A DNA stretch of 64,000 nucleotides from Anaerovoracaceae bacterium (lineage in GTDB: Bacteria; Bacillota; Clostridia; Peptostreptococcales; Anaerovoracaceae), in the NCBI GenBank assembly GCA_045112795.1, contig JBGUIG010000017.1, positions 18,323-82,322 on the forward strand. The letters run 5' to 3'. The position numbers and the translations under genes are program-made. The notes below the pieces were generated by a model. It was given only the letters and a program-made list of their open reading frames with translations. It made no database searches and was not told the origin of the DNA. Below are positions 54,830-63,688 of this stretch, one piece after another. Numbering within the stretch: the first letter of the stretch is position 1; each line of letters opens with the position of its first letter.

Positions 54830-57800
54830 CTATTCCTCGTCGCTTCTTCTTCTGCGGATGAAGAGTGCACCGAAGAGTGCTACGACTGATGCGAAGAATC
54901 CGCCAACCATTCCTGGGATGTTAGTGTCATCGCCAGTCTTGACGCCTGTTGTAGGCTCAGCTTCAGGTTCAGCTACTGGAACTGTCTTCTCGCCAGGTAC
55001 AACAGTTGGGTATGGATGGTTAGGATCGTCAGTTGTTCCGGTTGCTGTTGCAATGTTAGTAACTGATCCGTTCTTAGCATCTTCTTCTGTTACTGTGTAC
55101 TCGCAGTTGAATGTCTGGCTCTTGTCTGGTGCAAGGCTCTCAATGTTCCATGCATCGCCTGTCAGATCATCCTTAACCTCGATATCCTTAACAGTCAGGT
55201 TACCGTCGTTAGTTACTGTGATTTCATAAGTAACAGTCTCGCCTACCTCGTAGCTCTTGCCATTTGCAGGAGTGCTTGTTGTTTCCTTAACCACAGTCAG
55301 ATGTGGGTTGCTCTCATCTGTAGGATCTTCAGTAGTTCCCGGTACGATCTCAGGCTTTGGTGCCTCAGGGTCCTTAGGTTCTGCTGTTGCAGTTGCCTCG
55401 TTCTTAACGACGCCTGCAATGATATCCTTCTCAGTTACTGTGTGCTCTGTTGTGAATGTCTTGGATTCGCCAGGAGCAAGCTCTTCTACTGACCAAGCAT
55501 CACCAGTCAGTTCGTCAGTAACTTCGATGTTCTTGAGAGTCATGTTGCCATCGTTAGTAGCCTTGACTTCGTAAGTGATTGTTTCGCCAAGAGCATATGT
55601 CTTGCCGTTAGCAGGTGTACTTGTAGTCTTCTTGTCTATTGTCAGATGGCTCTTAGGATCTTCTACGTCTACCTTGTCTTCCGGCTCATATGGCTTGTCT
55701 ACGCCACTGAACTCAACGGTAGCCTTGTTGTTGAACTCTCCTGCGAGGATGTCAGCTTCTGTTACTACGTATTCTGCAGTTACAGTTACCTTAGCGCCTG
55801 GCTCAACATCCTTGAATTCGCTCTCAGATGTGATTGTAACTCCCGGCTGCTCAGTAACAGTGATGTCCTTCTTCTCTGCGTAGATATTAGTTACCTCGAT
55901 AGTGAATACTACTTTTTCGCCCAGCTTGTATTCCTTATCTTCGTGCTTCTTAGTAGCTACCTTGTCGACAGGAACGTCTTCATCAGTTACTTCAAGAGTT
56001 CCATACTTAACAGTGATGTTGTAGTTGTCCGCATTAGTAGCCTTTGTTGCTTTGTAGGTTGTTTCATCATCTGCATCAACACCTGTAAGCTTAGCAAACA
56101 GTTTTCTGGTTGGTGTGAACAGCTTATAAGTGAATGTGTTATCTGATGTTCCTACATATGTCTGAGATCCAGTTACATCGATTGATGCAAGACCTTCGCC
56201 ATCTACGAAGCCATCGATTGTCATTTCATCGTGCTTAGTAAGCGGTGTTCCGTCGTATACCTTCTTTGCAGAAGCAGATTCGATTGTTACATCGATAGGC
56301 TCGATCTTGAGGCTTCCGTCGTTTACAACGAACTCAACGTTTGTGAAGTTCTTGGAGATGTTCTCGAAGTCTCCTGCCTTGAGTCCCATTGGGTAGCTGT
56401 CAACATCGTCTCCGGACTTCTTAACGTCTGTGCCCTTTGCTGTAGCATCGCCGCTGAATGTGAAGTCTTCCTCAGTGTACAGCTCGTTGTCGATGCTTAC
56501 ATCGTAGCCTTCTACCTTCTGCTCAGCACCGTTGTAGTCAACGTCATCCTTGTGACCTGTGATTGTAACAGTAACCTTGTCAGTTACAGGTGTTACAGTC
56601 AGAGTTCCTACGGACTGAGTGATGTCATAGTTGTCAGCCTTTGTTCCTTCATTCAGAGTGTAGCTGAAGGAGTTCTGGCTTGAGCCTACATCTGTCTGTG
56701 TTCCGGTTACATCGTACTTAGCGCCTTCGCCGTCTGCGAATCCGTCGCCGCCAACTGTTACCTCATCGTTAGTAAGAGCCTTACCGTCATATACCTTTTC
56801 ATCTGTAGCAGATGTCAGGGTGACTGTTCTCTTGCTGATCTCGAGTGTTCCGTCAACGATCTGGAATGTAACCTTAGTGAAGTTCTTGTTGTTGTTTGTG
56901 AAGTCTGTCGGCTTCAGTTCCATATCATAGCTGCCTGCGTCTGTTCCCTTTACAGTAGCGTCGCCGCTGAATGTGAAGTCAGACTCTTTGTACAGGTCGC
57001 TGCTGATGCTTGTTACTTTGTAGCCTGTTACAGTCTTCTCTGTTCCGTCGTACTTCTCGCTGCCGCTGTTCTCTGTGATAACAACAACTACTTCCTTCTC
57101 GTCTGCAGTTACGGTCAGAGTACCTTCAACCTGAGTGATTTCATAGTTGTCAGCCTTTGTGCCCTTGTTCAGAGTATAAGTGAATGTGTTCTTGCTTGAA
57201 CCAGCGTCAGTCTGAGTACCAGTTACATCGTATGTTGCGCCTTCGCCTTCGACGAATCCGTCACCAGTCTCTGTAACCTTGTCATTAGTAAGAGCCTTGC
57301 CGTCATATGTCTTGCTGTCTGTTGCAGAAGTCATTGTGACTGTTCTCTTGCTGATTTCAAGTGTTCCGTCAACGATTACGAACTCTACGTTGGAGAAGTT
57401 CTTGCTTATGTTGGTGAAGTCTTCCGGTGTGAGCTCCATGTCGTATGAACCGGCATCTGTGCCCTTTACAGTAGCGTCACCATCGAATGTGAAGTCATTC
57501 TCAGTGTACAGTGGGTTGCTGATCTCAACTGTGTAGCCCTCAACGGTCTTCTCAGTTCCATCATACTTAGCTGTACCGCTGTTCTCTGTGATTGTTACAG
57601 TAACCTTGTCAGTTACAGGTGTAACTTCCAGAGTGCCTTCTGTCTTAGTAATTGTGTAGTTTGCAGCCTTAGTGCCTTCGTTCAGAGTGTAGTCGAACTT
57701 GTTTGCACTTGAGCCAACATTGGTCTGAGTACCAGTTACATCGTATGTAGCGCCTTCGCCTGTTGCGAATCCGTCGCCACCGACTGTTACCTCATCATTT

Positions 57801-60800
57801 GTAAGAGCTGTTCCGTCATAGACCTTTTCGTCATCAGCTGATGTCAGAGTGACTGTTCTCTTGCTGATCTCGAGTGTTCCGTCAACGATTACGAACTCTA
57901 CGTTTTTGAAATTCTTGTTTGTGTTAGTGAAGTCTTCTGGCTTGAGCTCCATTGGATATGAGCCTGCATCAGTTCCCTTTACAGTGTCATTTCCACTGAA
58001 TGTGAAGTCATCCTCAGTGTAAAGCTCATTGTCGATTGAAACAGTGTAGCCTGTTGCAGTCTTCTCTGTTCCATCGTACTTCTCGCTTCCGCTGTTCTCA
58101 GTAATTGTTACTGTGACCTTATCAGTGAGCTCAGTTACTGTCAGAGTTCCTTCAGTCTTAGTGATTGTGTAGTTATCAGCCTTAGTGCCGTTGTTCAGAG
58201 TGTATGTGAACTTATTAGCACTTGAGCCAACTTCTGTCTGTGATCCGGTTACATCATATGTAGCGCCTTCGCCTGATACGAAACCGTCGCCACCGACTGT
58301 GACTTCATCATTTGTAAGAGCTGTTCCGTCATATACCTTACTGTCTGTAGCAGATGTCAGGGTAACAGATCTCTTAGTAATTGTAAGCTTGAGAGTTCCG
58401 TCAGTTACTCCGCCATCTTCAGGAAGTACATACTTATCAGCTGCAGAGCTTGCAATCGTAATTGTTCCTGTTACAGAACCATTATACGTACCAACATCTG
58501 TACCCTTTGCAGAATCAACGCTAGGAGTAAATGTAACTCCATCAGGCAGCTTTTCAACTTCCTGGTCGCCTACAAAGTATTTAACAGTGTATTCATCGTT
58601 GCTCTGCTGTTTGCCATTATACTTCTGAGTATCTTCAGATCCGGTAATCTCTACTCTTACCTCAGCAGCCCATACAGCAAACATTGCATGATATGGAGTC
58701 TTCTCGTCAGCAGCTACCTCTGTAACAACATCTCCGTCGGCACTGCCAAGATGGAACTGGCTGCCATCATAGTACAGGTACATGTTCTGATCTGCATTGT
58801 CCTGTGTCCAGTTGCTCTGGTTTGCTTCCCAAGCCTTTGATGATTCAGGATCATTTCCAGCCGGAATACGAGCCCAGCCCTTGAACACATAACCTTCACG
58901 AGTCTGTGCCGGTTCAATATTTACAGCTTTATTGATTGCAAGATTATCATCCTTATGGAATGCCTCTGTGCCATCATTCTTGTACCAGTAAATATGTGTA
59001 GGTGTTGGTGTATCCTTAGGAGTATATTCTGCTCTGAGCTGTACAGTATACTTCTTAGTTACTTCAGGTTCATCTTCAGTTGGTGTAATATCCTCAACTT
59101 TAGCGTTTGCTCTGAGAACTTCGAATGTATCTCCAGGATATACGAACTGGTCAGTATCCTCAAATTTGGTTCCGTTCCATTTCTGAACTACCCAGTATAC
59201 AAACTGTTCATCTTCACTTGCAGGTGTAGATGCTCCCTGTGCAATAGCATTTGTCTTATCTTTGTAGAGAAGATCATCCTTTGGAGCTCCTGATCCACCA
59301 TTAGCATCGTATACCACATTGATACCCTTTGCGCCTGGAATCGTTGAACGCCACTTAGCATACAGGTCAAGGCTCTTTGTGATCCAGAAACGATCAGTAT
59401 CCTTGTTAACATTCTCTGTTACATTGCCATACTTATCAGTTTCTGTGGATCTTGACTTATCATAAGCCGTAACGCCAGGTGTGGAATCTGTAAGCGGATA
59501 TGCCTCAGAACTGAAGATTTTGGTACATCCTTCATCATAGTACCATCCCATCAGTTCATAATCATCTCTGGTAGCAGGAGTCAACTGAACTTCTTCGCCA
59601 TATGATACACGGAAGGATGTTGCCTGATCTCCCATCTGATACGAGGTGTCAGATGTTGGTACATTCGGATGCAGGAATACACGGTACTCTACCTGTCTCC
59701 ATTTAGCATAAACTGTTATACCTTCCGGCATGTTTGTGAACGTATATGGCTGAGTGCAAGCATCATCTGCATACCAGCCTTCGAAGGCGAATGCATTAAA
59801 TTTAGGTTCGTAATAGTTTGCACCGCCTTTGTTGTAACTGGCAACGCTAGACTCGAAGTTAATCTTCTCAGCAACATGCAGCTGGCCTCTGTCATCCATG
59901 TCAGTAAGAACGTTGCCGTCACCGTCAACATATACTCCATCCATGAAGAGAATGTTGTATGTCAATGGAGCATAACGGATGTACAGATTAGTGTAATCGG
60001 TTACTGTTGCATAATAGCCAGAGCTATCTTTCTCACCAAGATTTGTCCAGTTTGTGCCATTCTTACTGTACTGTACTGCTTTGTATCCATTGTATTTATC
60101 AGAGATATAGAATGTACCACCATTACTAATATCTACAGTATTTGTAGCAGTCGTTGGGTATGTGCCATCTGCATTCTGCTTGTAGAAGTAGACATGGTTA
60201 TTTCCGTTTCCACCAAATCCATAGAATGTCTGGCTGGAACTGTCATCTGACAGCTTAAAAGCATCCAGGAATGTGGTACGTGTACCAGAACCTTCATATC
60301 CACTCCAAGTCTGTCGATATGATTCATACCACCAGCGATTGGTCGGCCATGTATAACCCTGTGATGCAAGAGTCTGACCATAGAGACCTGTCATAGTGGT
60401 CTGAGTTGCCCAGCTGTTTCCGTTACGATACTGGAAAGTCAGTGTTACGAGATTACGATCATAGTAAACATTGACTACAGAGCTGCCTGTTGCATCAATA
60501 GTAACATTTGTATCATATTTATTAAGATGGAATCCCGGGTAACTCTTAGCTACTCCATTTACAGATGCATATCTACCGTCTCCGGAACCTGTAGCTGTAA
60601 CAGTATTAATAGTGCTGCCAACATTTCCGGAAAGTGTAACAGATTCGCCAAAATCATAAGTTTTAGCGCTGTCTGCTGCATCCTTAGCATCCTTTACGCT
60701 CTGCTTCCAGATGATAACAGTATAATTTGCTGTCTCAACTTCTTTCCATTTAGCGTAGAGGTAAGTCTTTGTATCAATTCCGGATCCGAATGTAAACTTA

Positions 60801-62284
60801 CTGCCTGTCGGGTCGCCACCTACTTCGCTAGGTTCACCAGTATACCATCCGTCGAATTCATATCCGAGTCTGGATGGATCAGCCGGCTCTTCTGTCACCT
60901 TACCTGTTTCAATAAACTGTGCAACAGTATAGGTTGCTCCCTTACCGTTCTCTTTGAAGATGAGGTAATTGCCCTTAGGTGCCTTTGCTGTAAGTGTTAC
61001 ATTACCATTAACCTTGAGCTTGGTACCTACCTGCTGTGCCTCGTTTGAAGGTATTGGTTTTCCGTCAACATCAGTAGCAGCGCCTGAAACAAACCAGCCC
61101 TGGAATTGCTGGATATCCGGGTTCTCAGGCTCGTATGTCATATTGATCTCAAAATCTTCTGTTGATCCGTTAACACCAAGAACTGTTACTGAATCGATGA
61201 TTGTTCCTGTTTCACTCTTATAAGTGACAGTATATGCATCGAGAATCACAGCATGAACATAATACTTGTCGCCTTCAGTTATTGAAAGGCCTTCGAAGTA
61301 CTTACGTACTTCTTCGATGTTCATTGTTTTTGTCTTAGTGTCGTATGATGCTGTTGCGTCCTTGCTGACAATCCAGCCTTTGAAAATCTTTCCTGCAGCT
61401 AATTCGCCAACGCCTGGATCATAGATGATCTCTTCCAGCTCGTCTAATGTGTCAGCGTTCTTTACATATACTGTAGCTCTCTCAGTGTCTCCACTCTTGA
61501 AGATAACTTCTGCACGAGCGTTTCCAGAAGTATCACCTTCTTCAACAACAGCATATACCGAGAACTGATCTGTTACGACTTTAGCGATGCCTGCTTTGTT
61601 GACTGTAGCGTCGTCAACAACTTCAGCAGGGCCATTGTCTGGAATGTGGACTACTGCATTTGCATTGTCCAGTCCGGATGCGTTCAGATAGACATGTACA
61701 GGAACCTTAGGCTCAACATCTTCTCCGTCTTTGACGAAGGTGATGTCAACGGCCTTGAATCCGGTGACTTCGCCATCAACTGCATCCTTAACAGCCTGCT
61801 CAACAGCCTTTGTGTTAGCAGGTGTTACGACCATTTCAGTGCCTTCCGGGAGAGCACCTTCTGGCGCTTTAACGAGAACCTTTACTCCGCCCTTGTCGGC
61901 ATTAAAGGTCTGCGCCGGGAACGATACTTCCTTCTCAGGCTCTGTGGTCTCCTCTGCAGGAGTTTCTTCAGCAGGTTCTTCAACCTGTTGTTCTTCCTCT
62001 GCAGGGGCCTGTTCCTCTTCGACTGCAGGTTCCTCCTCAACTGGTGCAGGTGCAGGTTCAGCAACCTCTTCCTGTACCGGGGCAGGTTCTTCAGTCGTCA
62101 CTTCGTCCTGTGGGGCCGGAGCTTCGGTGTTGGCAGCGTTGTCAACAACCTCTTCAGCGACTGGCTGCTGTGGTGCTTCATTTTCAGCATATGCGATCAG
62201 ATTGACCGGCATATACGTGATCACCATTGCAACCGACAGGGCAAAGGCAAGGAATCTTTTCAGATACTTGTGATTGTCTTTCAT
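54830..62284 (-). CDS. giant wall-anchored adhesin: Listeria-Bacteroides (Flg_new) repeats, ~172-aa YDG repeats, DUF11-like repeats
   Basis: Signal peptide, then a Pro/Glu/Ala-rich spacer. Several G(W/Y)...LYAKW(K/R) repeats (for example YEFDGWYTGEPSEV...TYLYAKWKE). Five units of ISKRTVTLTSA.D.KVYDG.ALTNDEVTVGGDGF.... Three Y.(L/V)GE.(I/V).(F/Y).(I/V)..TN.(G/Y)N(M/L)T.K.I.V.D DUF11-type modules. Sorting signal: GVKTGDD, TM segment, RRRRSDEE. RBS AAGGGGAAAG. Confidence 0.85.
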   Translation of the reverse strand: MKDNHKYLKRFLAFALSVAMVITYMPVNLIAYAENEAPQQPVAEEVVDNAANTEAPAPQDEVTTEEPAPVQEEVAEPAPAPVEEEPAVEEEQAPAEEEQQVEEPAEETPAEETTEPEKEVSFPAQTFNADKGGVKVLVKAPEGALPEGTEMVVTPANTKAVEQAVKDAVDGEVTGFKAVDITFVKDGEDVEPKVPVHVYLNASGLDNANAVVHIPDNGPAEVVDDATVNKAGIAKVVTDQFSVYAVVEEGDTSGNARAEVIFKSGDTERATVYVKNADTLDELEEIIYDPGVGELAAGKIFKGWIVSKDATASYDTKTKTMNIEEVRKYFEGLSITEGDKYYVHAVILDAYTVTYKSETGTIIDSVTVLGVNGSTEDFEINMTYEPENPDIQQFQGWFVSGAATDVDGKPIPSNEAQQVGTKLKVNGNVTLTAKAPKGNYLIFKENGKGATYTVAQFIETGKVTEEPADPSRLGYEFDGWYTGEPSEVGGDPTGSKFTFGSGIDTKTYLYAKWKEVETANYTVIIWKQSVKDAKDAADSAKTYDFGESVTLSGNVGSTINTVTATGSGDGRYASVNGVAKSYPGFHLNKYDTNVTIDATGSSVVNVYYDRNLVTLTFQYRNGNSWATQTTMTGLYGQTLASQGYTWPTNRWWYESYRQTWSGYEGSGTRTTFLDAFKLSDDSSSQTFYGFGGNGNNHVYFYKQNADGTYPTTATNTVDISNGGTFYISDKYNGYKAVQYSKNGTNWTNLGEKDSSGYYATVTDYTNLYIRYAPLTYNILFMDGVYVDGDGNVLTDMDDRGQLHVAEKINFESSVASYNKGGANYYEPKFNAFAFEGWYADDACTQPYTFTNMPEGITVYAKWRQVEYRVFLHPNVPTSDTSYQMGDQATSFRVSYGEEVQLTPATRDDYELMGWYYDEGCTKIFSSEAYPLTDSTPGVTAYDKSRSTETDKYGNVTENVNKDTDRFWITKSLDLYAKWRSTIPGAKGINVVYDANGGSGAPKDDLLYKDKTNAIAQGASTPASEDEQFVYWVVQKWNGTKFEDTDQFVYPGDTFEVLRANAKVEDITPTEDEPEVTKKYTVQLRAEYTPKDTPTPTHIYWYKNDGTEAFHKDDNLAINKAVNIEPAQTREGYVFKGWARIPAGNDPESSKAWEANQSNWTQDNADQNMYLYYDGSQFHLGSADGDVVTEVAADEKTPYHAMFAVWAAEVRVEITGSEDTQKYNGKQQSNDEYTVKYFVGDQEVEKLPDGVTFTPSVDSAKGTDVGTYNGSVTGTITIASSAADKYVLPEDGGVTDGTLKLTITKRSVTLTSATDSKVYDGTALTNDEVTVGGDGFVSGEGATYDVTGSQTEVGSSANKFTYTLNNGTKADNYTITKTEGTLTVTELTDKVTVTITENSGSEKYDGTEKTATGYTVSIDNELYTEDDFTFSGNDTVKGTDAGSYPMELKPEDFTNTNKNFKNVEFVIVDGTLEISKRTVTLTSADDEKVYDGTALTNDEVTVGGDGFATGEGATYDVTGTQTNVGSSANKFDYTLNEGTKAANYTITKTEGTLEVTPVTDKVTVTITENSGTAKYDGTEKTVEGYTVEISNPLYTENDFTFDGDATVKGTDAGSYDMELTPEDFTNISKNFSNVEFVIVDGTLEISKRTVTMTSATDSKTYDGKALTNDKVTETGDGFVEGEGATYDVTGTQTDAGSSKNTFTYTLNKGTKADNYEITQVEGTLTVTADEKEVVVVITENSGSEKYDGTEKTVTGYKVTSISSDLYKESDFTFSGDATVKGTDAGSYDMELKPTDFTNNNKNFTKVTFQIVDGTLEISKRTVTLTSATDEKVYDGKALTNDEVTVGGDGFADGEGAKYDVTGTQTDVGSSQNSFSYTLNEGTKADNYDITQSVGTLTVTPVTDKVTVTITGHKDDVDYNGAEQKVEGYDVSIDNELYTEEDFTFSGDATAKGTDVKKSGDDVDSYPMGLKAGDFENISKNFTNVEFVVNDGSLKIEPIDVTIESASAKKVYDGTPLTKHDEMTIDGFVDGEGLASIDVTGSQTYVGTSDNTFTYKLFTPTRKLFAKLTGVDADDETTYKATKATNADNYNITVKYGTLEVTDEDVPVDKVATKKHEDKEYKLGEKVVFTIEVTNIYAEKKDITVTEQPGVTITSESEFKDVEPGAKVTVTAEYVVTEADILAGEFNNKATVEFSGVDKPYEPEDKVDVEDPKSHLTIDKKTTSTPANGKTYALGETITYEVKATNDGNMTLKNIEVTDELTGDAWSVEELAPGESKTFTTEHTVTEKDIIAGVVKNEATATAEPKDPEAPKPEIVPGTTEDPTDESNPHLTVVKETTSTPANGKSYEVGETVTYEITVTNDGNLTVKDIEVKDDLTGDAWNIESLAPDKSQTFNCEYTVTEEDAKNGSVTNIATATGTTDDPNHPYPTVVPGEKTVPVAEPEAEPTTGVKTGDDTNIPGMVGGFFASVVALFGALFIRRRRSDEE
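56100..58400. repeat. about 4.5 tandem ~515-bp coding repeats inside the 2484-aa adhesin gene
   Basis: The landmark (c/t)tc(g/a)agtgttccgtcaacgat recurs at 56840, 57356 and 57869 (spacings 516 and 513 nt). Diverged copies lie near 56305 and 58385. Confidence 0.85.
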
Positions 62285-62365
62285 TTTTCTTTCCCCTTAG
62301 CAACGTAATAAGAAATAAGTGATAATTTATAACTGGCTAATGTTGTGCGGATTTTTCGAATTTCG

Positions 62366-62382
62366 CGCAACAAAAGCGCATC
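62366..62382 (-). promoter_or_regulatory. CGCAAC-N5-CGCATC direct repeat in the leader of the 2484-aa adhesin gene
   Basis: CGCAAC 62366-62371 and CGCATC 62377-62382, an 11-bp spacing, about 85-100 nt upstream of the ATG. Confidence 0.35.
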
Positions 62383-62654
62383 GTTAAACAAAGTAATTTT
62401 AACACAACGACAGCAAAAGCGTTGTTCTTTTAATTGGTCATTAACAGCTTTTTCATGCTGTTTTAGACCTATTAATCTGATATTCCATTTACCTCTGAAA
62501 CCTTGAATGAAAAACCAGTCAGGATGTCCTGACCTTGTAGTGCATCTCTATTGTTAAAGGAGCCAAGATACACCCATCAATCGCTATTCCGGGTAAATTA
62601 CGCAAGCGCTGATCAATTTGTCCTAAAGTTTCCCCATTGTCTTAATGCTAGCTA

Positions 62655-62695
62655 ATTGTAGCAAATCCGCAACATTTACGCAACCAAAGCGCAAC
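62655..62695 (-). promoter_or_regulatory. three perfectly phased CGCAAC repeats overlapping a candidate promoter of the 2484-aa adhesin gene
   Basis: CGCAAC at 62668, 62679 and 62690 (11 + 11 bp). On the minus strand the middle repeat supplies TTGCGT as a -35 box, 17 nt upstream of TACAAT (62660-62655). This implies a leader of about 360 nt. Confidence 0.45.
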
Positions 62696-62731
62696 ATTAT
62701 TAATAAAAATACATTTTTCCACACAATGAAA

Positions 62732-62762
62732 CAGCCGGCACGAATAATTATCATGCCAGCTG
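62732..62762 (-). terminator. candidate terminator after the DMT transporter gene
   Basis: On the minus strand, CAGCTGGCA...TGCCGGCTG hairpin followed by TTTCATTG. Confidence 0.5.
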
Positions 62763-62791
62763 AAAACAATCAGTTCTGTATTAATTAATGA

Positions 62792-63685
62792 TTAATTATC
62801 TGATGATGTAATTGTCGACAGTGTAACGCACACTATGATTATCAAAGCTCCGGCGATTCCTGCAGCCGAAAGGCGCTCACCAAGCAGGATAAATGCGAAT
62901 AAAGCAGTCATTACCGGGCAGAGAGTCTGCAGCAATGCAACTGACCTGTCAGAAATCCTGGTCAGTGCCAGATTCTGCATCAAATAGCCGAGGAAAGTGC
63001 ACATAATAGCCAGATAGAGGATAATCATCCAGGTGACCGGTGTAGTTGTCTCTACGTGAATGCCGCCTTCGAATATGAAGCTTCCGCCTATCGCGAGTGC
63101 CGCTGAGCACCCGCCCTGAAGCGCTGTAAGGCTGACCGGATCAACAGTTTCGATGTAGCTCTTGGAAAAGACCAGCGTTCCGGCTGCAAAACAAGCCGCC
63201 ACAAGAGTAACCACCTCACCTATGCCGAATCCCGACAGTCCGCCTCTCACACACAGCAGATACAGCCCCGGGAGAACCAGGATCTGAAGAACCATGTGCT
63301 GCCACTTATAATGTGTCCTATATATAAGGAAGGCAAATACCGGCGTGAACACTACCGAAAGGGATCTGAGAAAAGCAACGGACGTCGCGTCGGTAAGTGC
63401 CAACGCTACATTATTAAGAAGATATGTCAGTCCGATGCACAGACCCGGAATCAGCCATGCCCGCACCGGAACCGTTCTGAGCGTATTAATAATCCTTTTT
63501 CTGAACAGCACAAAGCATACAACGAATGCGATCGAATATCTGACCGACATCATCGAATATACTGGAGTCACCTCGAAAGCAATCTTGGAAATCGGGTCTC
63601 CGAATCCATATACGATCGACTGCAGGATGATCAGTGCCTCCGGCCATCTTTTGAAGTTTACTTTGCCTTGTTCTCTCATTGACAA
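62792..63685 (-). CDS. DMT superfamily (EamA-like) transporter
   Basis: 297 aa with about 10 TM helices in two EamA-like halves. Confidence 0.8.
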   Translation of the reverse strand: MSMREQGKVNFKRWPEALIILQSIVYGFGDPISKIAFEVTPVYSMMSVRYSIAFVVCFVLFRKRIINTLRTVPVRAWLIPGLCIGLTYLLNNVALALTDATSVAFLRSLSVVFTPVFAFLIYRTHYKWQHMVLQILVLPGLYLLCVRGGLSGFGIGEVVTLVAACFAAGTLVFSKSYIETVDPVSLTALQGGCSAALAIGGSFIFEGGIHVETTTPVTWMIILYLAIMCTFLGYLMQNLALTRISDRSVALLQTLCPVMTALFAFILLGERLSAAGIAGALIIIVCVTLSTITSSDN

Positions 63686-63688
63686 CCG

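Noticed and set aside
48893-58400. Regularly spaced repeats that could superficially suggest a CRISPR array or a satellite.
   Set aside because: The periods are about 350 and 515 bp with no unique short spacers. The repeats lie in frame inside long ORFs and encode protein domains.
39565-62791. Whether the surface locus is a mobile element, such as a genomic island with an integrase, a transposon or a prophage.
   Set aside because: I found no integrase, transposase, recombinase or phage-like ORF, no flanking tRNA, and no terminal direct or inverted repeats. By eye, its composition is not obviously different from the flanking core genes.
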